Of a DNA stretch of 64,000 bases, positions 53,603-64,000 are shown piece after piece; within the stretch, counting starts at the first letter, position 1, and every line of letters begins with the position of its first letter. This DNA comes from Leptogorgia sarmentosa (taxonomy: Eukaryota). Both the position numbers and the translations under genes were made by a program. The notes under the pieces were generated by a model. The model did not search any database. It had not been told where the DNA came from and saw nothing but the letters and a program-made list of their open reading frames with translations. The stretch covers positions 4,588,001 to 4,652,000 of the forward strand of contig OZ210884.1 in assembly GCA_964658305.1 (NCBI GenBank), in the 5' to 3' direction.

Positions 53603-55585
53603 TTTTGTTGATGATTATAGCTACGTTCGTTGCAACAATCGAAAGGAAATGCTCAATCGGTCCCTCTTAACCAACTAAAATTGATGAGAAAGTTTCTGCT
53701 TTCGATCTGTCTTCCTTTCGATCGCTTGAAACAAAGTGACAACTAGTACGAGCGAATACATCCACGTCTAGTGCCGCAAACAATATCTACACCTGTATGT
53801 CAATAATAACGTTAAAAGGTCGTGGGCGAAAGTTGTTTTGAATTGCAAATGAATGTTTTGCTTGAGTATTAGAATATTAGAGTACTGTATGATAATTTTT
53901 TATTCCCAATTTTTGCTGCCTATATCCGTCATGAGGAGATAAAAACATTGTCACTGGTTTTATCATATTTGTTTCTTGCAGAAGCTTTTTATTTCGACAT
54001 CAATCAACGGCCGTGCTCAATAATATTTATATTTTTTCTCATTCTGCAAGCAACTGCCATGGCATTAACTATTCATGTTTGATTTGTAGTTTTCCTCAAA
54101 AGAATAAAGTGATTAAATTATTCATCGCCCTACAAAGCGATGCCTCTGAAATACATATACGCATATGTTAGTCGCGAGTATTGCATAAAATGCTATTTGT
54201 AAAATGAGATTTGGGCCTTTCTGCGTTGTTGTGAGAGCTATACGACGGTGGCGTTGGTTGACCTAAATAAGACATGGATTACAATTCAATTATTATTCAC
54301 TCGGTCGACGTAAAATAATGTTATTAGTGTGAAATCTACTTTTTGATCTCTTTATCAACAATGCATATATATACGGTCACTATCCGAAAAATTCAATATT
54401 ACTTTAAGATAGAGTATGGAAAACGTCGTTATTAATTACTCCTTTGGAGATATCTCCGAAAAACAATACATCGACTTGCTGGGAATTTGATTATGATTGG
54501 TTCAATGGGGAACGGATATTTTATCCAAACAACTTATATTTTGGAATTGATTTTGCTTGCTTCGATCGTCACTTCAAATTAATTTGACGAAGAAAATTAT
54601 ATAATTATTATCAATATTTCCGCCGTGCATGTACTATATTCAATTTAACGCTCCTTTAACAACAAAAGAACCGATTTGTATAGCGGGTCCTTATTTGACA
54701 CGCCTTAATATATACGGGGGGAGGGTGCATATTGATATTTTGGTATTCTGCCGTTTGAAATTATTTCATTAACAAATGATTTCAAGGAAATAATTCTGCA
54801 GAACGCCAGAATAAGAATATGCAACCCCCCCGAAGGCCCTGTCTGCACTTATAACAATATGTCAGTAATAGAATTGCTAGAAACTTTGAGCCCAGCTGGA
54901 ATGGAAGGTTTCTGACTTATAGCTAATAAGTTGAACGATTAAAATCATACTAGGAAAACTGCATGATGTGAAATTGTATTATTTATTGAAAAAGTGCTAA
55001 AAATTTTAAAAAGGCATTATTATTAGTGTTAAAGAACATTCGTAGCTTTGTGGCATAATCATGCATGCCACATACTTGTGCAAATTAAGTTAATTATAGT
55101 AGCAAATATTTGCTGGTATAGCTACGTACATAAAAAGTATATAAACCTAAGTAGCTAGCTACATAAGTCTATTTTAACAAACTTAGTTTGATTATATTTG
55201 CAGTGTAAATATTAATGGAAATGTTTAGAAAGTTGTAACGTGACGATTGTCAACTAATCAAAGCAAGCAAATTAGAGGTACGGTTCAAGAAATGATTGAA
55301 TTCATCGATCAATTAGACGAGACGTGATAACGCAATTAGAGCAGGAGGCAAAATATGTACGATCATAGCAAAGGAAAAAGAAAGTAATAGAATCAGGCGA
55401 AAAAGAAATTGTTAATGAAGATAACAAAAAAGAAAATATTTTCCGAGTAATATTGGCAATATTTATTCGTAATCAATCCAGCTTTGGCAACTGAGCATAG
55501 TCTCTATCTAAAAAAATCTTTAGTTGACAATCGCACTATTTAAAGTGAAGCAGTATTTTAACGTTTCCTATAAGCTAGTATATGC

Positions 55586-58500
55586 TTAGGTGTTGTAGTA
55601 TTCTCTCATTAAACCACGTTCTTCAAATGACGGAGCCACGATTGTACTGACTCTTCCCATTGATATTTCGTCTTCTTCTGGCTGGTAATTTGTTCCATAA
55701 CATACTCTAATGATGTACGAATAATCAAAACGTTTAGTAAAATTGTAGAATTTGGGATAACTGCCACCCAGAATGTTTTCCAAAATTCCTTTTAAGGAAT
55801 ATCAATTCCGTGCCCATGACGAGATACTGTAGAAAGGTAGGGTAGGTATAAATGCTACTTACATTTTACAAATAGCAATTGTGATGAAAAACGTGACAAG
55901 GAAGCAAATAGCAAGGAAAACGATGATGAAAATTGATAGTCCTTTCACAAGTTCAGCATCATCGTCTTTCACTAAAATACACAAAGATTATTATACTAAA
56001 TGCATAAAAAAAATTCGTTTTACCAAAATGCTCACCTGATTTCTACAGTTTGATAAATCGCAATAGCTATCTTTATGCTATTTTTTAAAATTCAAAATCT
56101 CTCAAATTGCTGATTACAAATCCAAAAATATGAGGACTGAAAATACTTGATTGACTCATTCGACAAACACTGTCGCGATTAGTTCACTTATCGTATACGT
56201 AACATCGAATGATATTATGTGAGGGTGAATTTCTTTCCCGTTATCAAAATTTGCTTCTATATCCCCACCCAATGGAATGGAAATCATAGCTCACACAGAA
56301 CAGTGTAGAATGTATCGAAGAACAGCACCCTCTGCACAATAATTGTAGCAATTGGTGACACCATTTTGTTATCAGCGACTTATTCGAGACATTATAATTC
56401 TAATTTATTATATTGGCTCGAAAATATAAGTGGAACAAATGTGACTGAAGATGGTCGACTCTCGAAAGGATACATACCTATTAGCGAAATTTGGTGAAAC
56501 TTATGATCAGTTTTGTGTTGTTGTCTTATTTGAGAAATATAAACATTTTCTGTGTTTCTATAGTTATAGAAACACGCGTGGAAGTATAAAAGAAACGAGA
56601 AATTCAGTGGGAACAACGGCACGAAGTGCGAGTTTTTCCACCCAATTTATAGTTTCTCCCAAACTTCCACAAGTATTTCTATAACTCCATAGAAACACGG
56701 AAAAATGTTTTCTATTTCCTTTATTAAATAGCTTTTTAAAACAATAAAAAAGATAAATCTATTCCTATTGGTTTTAGTTACATTCGTTCAAAATTCGTTC
56801 GTTTGTTTTTTAATTTCCCGCGCAATCAACGTACCACGCGTAAAAATTCTAGTGTTTCTATCGTGTTTTAGTAGAATCATACTCGTATACTATTGCAAAT
56901 GTTGCAATTTGATTGGCTACTCTACTCGCTATCTATTCCTCGATAGATAACGAGTAGCAAAATATGTGAATTTTCGTTCAAGAAAATGTCTTCCGAGACG
57001 CGGTTTTAAATTATTTTTTGCAATATTTTCATGTTTGATCTCTAATTCTACTAAAACAATTAGATTACTCGCTATTGATTTCTACGAGATGATAGTTGAT
57101 TCGGGCTTCGCCCTCATTAACTATCACCTCATAGAAATCTCGAGCTCGTAATCTAATTGTTAATTATAAATAGAAACACGGGTTTTTTGAGCTCTCGACC
57201 GATCAACTCCTGTGTTTTTAAAAGGCTATTAATTTTTATAAATAAATGCTCAAACAAAAACGGAGCATGGACCCCTGTACACAATTTGTTGTTGAACGAT
57301 TCAAACTATAGTTAAAGATAATTGAAATGAGCAAAAGAAAAGAAACCTACCACCATCTTTATTCACAGCTGAAAAGAAACGAATCAACATTTTAGTTTCA
57401 GAATTAAGTTTTATAGTGGTGAATACTGTGTAGTTCTACTCGAATGGTAAAACTGCTACGACAGTTCTGGTTCATTTCAATACTTTAATGGGTAAAGATC
57501 TAATAGGCCTATGATACATTCGTTCAAAATTCGTTCGTTTGTTTTTTAATTTCCCGCGCAATCAACGTACCACGCGTAAAAATTCTAGTGTTTCTATCGT
57601 GTTTTAGTAGAATCATACTCGTATACTATTGCAAATGTTGCAATTTGATTGGCTACTCTACTCGCTATCTATTCCTCGATAGATAACGAGTAGCAAAATA
57701 TGTGAATTTTCGTTCAAGAAAATGTCTTCCGAGACGCGGTTTTAAATTATTTTTTGCAATATTTTCATGTTTGATCTCTAATTCTACTAAAACAATTAGA
57801 TTACTCGCTATTGATTTCTACGAGATGATAGTTGATTCGGGCTTCGCCCTCATTAACTATCACCTCATAGAAATCTCGAGCTCGTAATCTAATTGTTAAT
57901 TATAAATAGAAACACGGGTTTTTTGAGCTCTCGACCGATCAACTCCCGTGTTTTCAAAAGGCTATTAATTTTTATAAATAAATGCTCAAACAAAAACGGA
58001 GCATGGACCCCTGTACACAATTTGTTGTTGAACGATTCAAACTATAGTTAAAGATAATTGAAATGAGCAAAAGAAAAGAAACCTACCACCATCTTTATTC
58101 ACAGCTGAAAAGAAACGAATCAACATTTTAGTTTCAGAATTAAGTTTTATAGTGGTGAATACTGTGTAGTTCTACTCGAATGGTAAAACTGCTACGACAG
58201 TTCTGGTTCATTTCAATACTTTAATGGGTAAAGATCTAATAGGCCTATGACTCATTTTTTGCTCTTTATAAATTATTTGCTTCAATTTATGCCTTGTGTA
58301 TTTTTTAAAAAAATCAACGACTATGATAAATGGTAAACAGTGAATATATTCACATATCTCTATTAAACACTTACGTTTACATTCAGGATAAGTTCCTTTA
58401 TAATCCATATCAGTATCACATTCACATGTATACGTTCCCGGTTGGTTTATGCATTTCGCCCCTTTACCACAATCTTCCGCATGGATAGTTTCAGGGTTGC

Positions 58501-61500
58501 ATTCATCGTAATCTGTTTCAAATAATGGCATAACTTTACAAATTCGAGCCGCATGTCAAATTTTTGGTAAGAATATTATAAGCGAAACGACAAGGAATTG
58601 TTCTCATTTCCAAATATAAAACCGTACTCCTTCTTTGTATTAATTAAGAAATCCATCTTATTGGTTTTTACTTGGTCACGTGCTGTTTTAATAAACTTCA
58701 TTCTTAACCCATAAAAACACGTCTGATTTTCCTCGAGCCCCACCCTAATTCCCGACAAACGGTTTTTGCTCGAGCATATTCTTCAAAATTCACGCACTTT
58801 GGTGATGATTGGATGGTCATGGTCTTACCTTCGATAGTTACTGCTGTCAACCTGTTTCCACGTAGTTGATATTGTCCAAGGAAAACTCCAGTAGAGCTAA
58901 CTGAAAGTACAGACTGTAGGGCAGACTGTACAGATGATTCAGTTTCATTGGTTGCAGCCTCATCAAGTGATGCCAAGAACGAGACAATGACCGATCCCTC
59001 TCTGTCATCGTGAATACAATAATGTTAACCAATTTACAAACGTTTCAATTGTTACGAATATTATAAGTTTTCTTATTAGTTTTTAAGACAGCTGAGTAGA
59101 ACGGAAAGTTACACTACATTTGCTGTCGATGATAATTAGTTTTTTACATCAAGGGGTCATGCATGGTTTCAATCATAGCAGAAATAGACGCTATGAGACA
59201 AGCTAGCTTGGAGGACATCAAATGAAGTAGCAATTTTTTAATAGAAATTTTCTAAATAGTCGCTCAGTCAAAAATCATGTTTCATGCACCTGGAATGCAA
59301 TTCATCACCAAAAAATACAATAGAAAATAGGAATGTGATTAAGATTTCAGCAGCCATTGAGAGGATGGGAATGACACTCGGAAAAAATGGAATTTATTCC
59401 AAATTTGGGCTTGGAAATTGAGAATTGGACCTCCTTTTCAGGCCTAGGGCACCCTCGCAGCAAATGCCGTAGGAAGATCCATAATTGGGGTGGTGCAGGT
59501 GGGTATTATATGGTCGTGTTCACATACTCTAAATCGCTTATTAGCAATATTCACTAATTGTACCTGTAGCGGGGCACTCGACAGCCTTTGTATCGATTTG
59601 AAAGTCGGCTGCTTCGAAAAGCTAAGTTAATCTACAACGAAACGAAAAAATGTTTCATAACAATGGTACTATACAGGGTGTATCAAAAAAAACGCAATCC
59701 AAGTTTAAGGCTTTATAACCAAAATAATATAGATTTCCATGTCTTAACTTTTAGTTCATGTTTTAGCCCTATCTTTTTTCTACTCAATAAGTGGTCGATT
59801 GTGACTTTTTATGCCATTTAGGACTTCAAAATAAGTGATTTACTGCAAGCAGTCATTTTTAGATGCTTCGAATTCGACGTTCTTAATTCCAAAGAGGACG
59901 TTATCGTTGCATGCGAATATTTTGTTTGAAATATTTTCGCTAAATAATTTTAAAGTCTAGAATCATGCCACAGCTCACTACAGCAGAAATAACTTTTATT
60001 GTTGAAGGTTACTTTGTAACAAAAAGTATTCAGGAAGTTTTAAGATTGTTTCGAATAGCTTTCCCGGATCGACAAGTCCCAAATTCGACGACCGTTTGGC
60101 GTAACGTACGTAAATACCGGCAGATACAGCTTGAAGCAGATGCTTTACATGGAAATCATGAACTAATAAGAAGAGTTGCACGGGAAATGCAACGTCGAAG
60201 TGATTTGTGTGTGGTGAGAAAGCCAGGCCACGTTGAATGATTGTAACCAACTAAAGTTAAATTTTTAATAAATTCAAGCTATCTCAAATTTTAAATTGTC
60301 CAATCACACTTACTAAAAATATCATTACTCGCTCATTTCCAACTCAAATTTAACAAACAAGCAGTCTTAAGAAAGCGGAATGATAGAGCTTTCTAACGGT
60401 GGTAAATATAGCCTATTTTCTAATACTTTTTGTTATGAAAATTGCATTTGAACGTAGGATTGCGTTTTTTTTGATACACCCTGTATATAGCTGTGTCCAC
60501 TCTTTTCGCGCCAAGGAGGTGCAAATAAAGTGGATGAATGATGGAATTTAACAATGCAATCGTGGTCCAAAATTGACGTACAATCACGCACGAAGCTGTT
60601 GCAAATATATACATTTTTTCAGAGAATATGGTGAAATTAATTTGTCTTCCTTGCACAAGCGGAACATCAAAAAAATACGTTTTCCACCGGGGCAATAACA
60701 AGACTTAGGACACTTGCTTTGAATTCTTCAAAACGCTAACATGGCGTAAAGGCTCTCAAACAAAACAACGAAAATCAATGCTCGCAGATAAAGACGCTGG
60801 CCATCAACCCAAAATGTGGTGAAGCAAGAGATAAAACTGATACTACCACAGTACTACGCCAAATATAATATTTCATATATCTTCGTCTACCATTTCCTCT
60901 TTTTTGTCGTTTGTTTGCTCTTTTTACATGCAAATGCTTCTTGACTCACTGGGCCCTCCGTTTTGCCTCGGGAAACATCAACGGTTTCAGATGAATGTTT
61001 AATGTACATGTAGCTATGTTATCTTTGATTTCAATTTTCATTTAAACCATAATATACAAACCATATATAGGTTTACATGAGCAGACAATCACGTAAAATT
61101 ATAAACCTACCGCTCTTTCGATCGATGAAGTAAGCCGTTGCCATTTAAGTGTGATGTTATTTTCAAGATCACTATTAAAATCGTAATTGATGATAGTAAT
61201 GGTTCCACGGAACGTTCTGGCGTCTAGGAATAAACATAACATATTACTGTCATCGACCTCAAACCATAACCTTATATTATAACACTGTCATTTGACTTAT
61301 TAGTTAATTAGACATTAGCTTTCGAGGGCTGCTCCCGTAAATCAGTTTACACACAAATGAAATAATTTTAAAAAACCCGCAATTATAATGATGATAGTAA
61401 CTTTAATTGTACATTGTACAAAAAATTAAGTCTCATTTTAGCGTAATCTTTACTCTTACTCTTTGAAAAGTGTATATCCGGATGTGCATAAGGACTGGCA

Positions 61501-63086
61501 TTTCACCAAAAAACAAAACGAGCAAGCTAACGTTGGCTTCTTAATGTCGCCACATTCAGCGTCAATTAAAAATGCATTACCCATTATAAATTCCGCGATT
61601 AAAGGACTTTACTTGTTAAGACAAAGATTTTCTGTATGTCACGTATCTCGCGCTCAAAACTCAAATTCATCGAAATATAAATTTCAAACTTTGAGGTTTC
61701 TCAGTCGGCAGACTCATTTAAAAAGCTGGATGGATTCATAATTAATGATATAAAACGAAAATAGAAAGATTTTGGAGGGTACGCCAAAGATAAAATTACG
61801 TTTGAAATCTTGCATTTATTGTTGAAATCAAGGCTTCATTTATATTGCGCTGGTCATTTATATACCAACATCGATGCTCATAATTTTTATATTCCTTTTA
61901 GTTCCTCAATACCCATGCATAGTTTCGAAGATAGCAAATAGTTTTGTCGAGACAATAATCATAGAATAATTTGATTTTGAGAGGGACGCCAAAAAGATTT
62001 CGGGTTTTGAACACATTTCGTATAGAAAATACGCGACATGGAAAAAATTAACCTCTTAAAGAATAAAGAGACTAGATTTTCCAGTGTTTCGAACGTTTTT
62101 TTCGGATAATCTTATTTAACTAAGGCCGAAGATTATCGTTTTCGGGTAATATTTCGTCAAATCACCCGAGCGGAGGGAGTATAAATGATATATGATACCG
62201 AAAATAGACTGAAATGACCGAGCCAAGAATAGTAATATCGATATCTAGAGTTTCCGCCATGTTTGAATTGTTTGTGTGTGTTAAAATACCCGGAAAAGCA
62301 CCCTATCGCGTTATAGAAATATGATCTTTTGATTGAACAATTTGAACTTGAGGTATAATATTTGAAAAATATTGTAGTACGAGGTTTTTCACAGAAAAAA
62401 ATGGGCATCAACTGCATGGAAGAATGCTCTCATTAATTGACCACAACCATAAAAAATTAAATTTTATAATCAACGTTAAACTGTATGAATTACCAATCTA
62501 CTTACTTATACATTCACCCTTACACAAAATTTGTCTCGGACTATTACAGTAACAACGTCTTCCCCACGTTTTGTCGACGCAATGTTGAGCACGGCCACAA
62601 GAAGACGCATCACACGCAGGATCAGCTACAAGATAAATTACATCAATGAGAAACGTGATTAAATCTTTGTTTTAATTGCTTTGCTTCAGCAATCTTTACA
62701 AAGAAAAGGCAAATCTGATTTCTTCGAAATATCCAATGATCATACAGAAATGAAGCTGAAATGTCTTTTCCCGGTAATATATTATAACCATAGCGTCGTT
62801 ACGCATGTGGGGAAGGTATGGTTACGAAATTTTTCAATTAATATCAAATTTGTCCAAAAGATGACCATGAAGATCGTTTGATTGGATGATATCAAGTTGA
62901 ACAAAGAGACGAAGACCAATTAGGGAGCTAACAGGAGTTAATTATTATAATTTCAACTGAACGACTTGATGATAACCTCTCTTTGAATTCAAAATTAGCT
63001 TAGTGCATCACTGTAGAATGAAGTCTTACCCTGATGAACAAGGTAATTTATGACGTTTTTTACAGTCTTATTATTGCTAGTGTTAC
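55586..63086 (-). CDS. EGF-SEA-EGF single-pass membrane protein (transmembrane mucin-like); 5' part not resolved
   Basis: In-frame exons: 63086-63030, 62625-62506 (EGF-like), 61223-61111, 59631-59564 and 59001-58829 (SEA with GSVIV), 58512-58375 (cbEGF DYDECN), an 18-bp micro-exon present twice (58104-58087, 57368-57351), 55971-55863 (TM LSIFIIVFLAICFLVTFFITIAIC), 55706-55586 (tail ending EYYNT*). Confidence 0.85.
56779..58250. repeat. 736-bp near-perfect direct tandem duplication (56779-57514 / 57515-58250)
   Basis: Identical ORFs at 56966 and 57702 (offset 736). Only two substitutions seen by eye (caactcct/caactccc; gtttttaaaa/gttttcaaaa). Confidence 0.93.
59674..60483 (+). mobile_element. 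Internally deleted Tc1/mariner-type DNA transposon
   Basis: A 27-bp TIR, cagggtgtatcaaaaaaaacgcaatcc, at both ends with TA flanks. The internal ORF 59965-60240 has a DUF4817-like HTH N-terminus joined directly to the C-terminal R..LC....GHVE motif, with no DDE core. Confidence 0.88.
61620..62055 (-). mobile_element. TTAA-flanked non-autonomous DNA element, copy 2 (inverted)
   Basis: Reverse-complement match to 42360-42793 (e.g. caaaatcaaattattct.tgattattgtctcgacaaaactatttgctatcttcgaaactatg), with the same TTAA boundaries. Confidence 0.7.
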
Positions 63087-64000
63087 CTATGTACGACGAG
63101 CTCTTGGTATATATAAAGAAAAATCGCGTTCAAGGATTCTGGCCACAAAACGAAACGAACTGACAGTGCCTATAGCACCACGTGTACATTCAAAACAAAT
63201 TCGAAGATAGATGGAGGATATATTACATGGTGGATATTACACTCATTCAGGAATGACCCATTCTCTGCACTCAATCGTAAAATATTGCTTTCACCACTCG
63301 AAGGTAAAATTTATATCTTCGCACTGACGTATAATTTCTTTTTTATTATTACATACCAGTCGTAACACACTGACGGCAACATTAATTTTTTATCGATAAT
63401 GGTAAATTTTTCAACCAAATACCCCCATATTACCCAAATTCGAACAATACCTAGGCATCGTTTCAGTTTTTTCTTGTATTATTTTTATCTTCTCAACAAG
63501 AACATATTTTTTCGTTGGACAAAGACCAAAATTCGCTGCATTTAGACGAACGTCGTCATTTTAGCGAATTGGAGCGAAACGATCACGTGATATACATCTT
63601 CACTAGTGAAGATATGGAAAATATCTCATAGTCATTTTTTCGGGATCTAACTGTCTACTATATAATGAATGGCTTTATCCAAAATTGACTTCATTAGCTA
63701 AGAGTAGACCCGTATCACTTAAAAAAAAGGATCGCTAACAATATACCATGGAAACAACTTCGGGCGAATGGAAAACGACCGCCAGGAATTTTCTATTGAT
63801 TCAAAATCTACTCAATTATTCCAATTACTTTCAATGCTGTTTTCCTAAAAAACCTACCAAATTCAGCAAATCGCCCTGTCTTGCTATCTTCTAATAGAAC
63901 ATATTTATCCCTCAGTTTCGACTTGCTGACATTGTCTTCTGTTACAGATACCAATTTTTTTCGGAATTCCATTTCAATTTTAACGAAATCATTCCCGACT

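Noticed and set aside
56966..57887. Two identical 61-aa ORFs
   Set aside because: A by-product of the 736-bp duplication of repeat-derived intronic DNA.

Overview
This is AT-rich, intron-rich metazoan genomic DNA. The gene content suggests a marine invertebrate, probably a cnidarian (inference). I assembled the gene models by hand from GT-AG sites and frame continuity. In order: a CD109/TEP thioester protein (-, 3' end outside the window); an orphan, inverted paralogous last exon (+); a double-MYND/DUF4470 gene (-); a ~23-exon, ~1463-aa gene (-) that appears to join a signal peptide, 10 EGF repeats and Cys-rich micro-exons to a bacterial-type VioB/RebD/StaD-like ferritin-fold enzyme; an intronless class A GPCR (+); a divergent FGF-like domain fused through an RRKR site to a pentraxin-like domain (-); an intronless Shaker/Kv1 channel (-); and an EGF-SEA-EGF transmembrane protein (-). 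There are also several MITEs, an internally deleted Tc1/mariner element and a 736-bp tandem duplication. The top candidate for a new system is the apparently secreted EGF-VioB-like enzyme and its selected-looking paralogous exon. No searches were run; all family calls rest on motif recognition.
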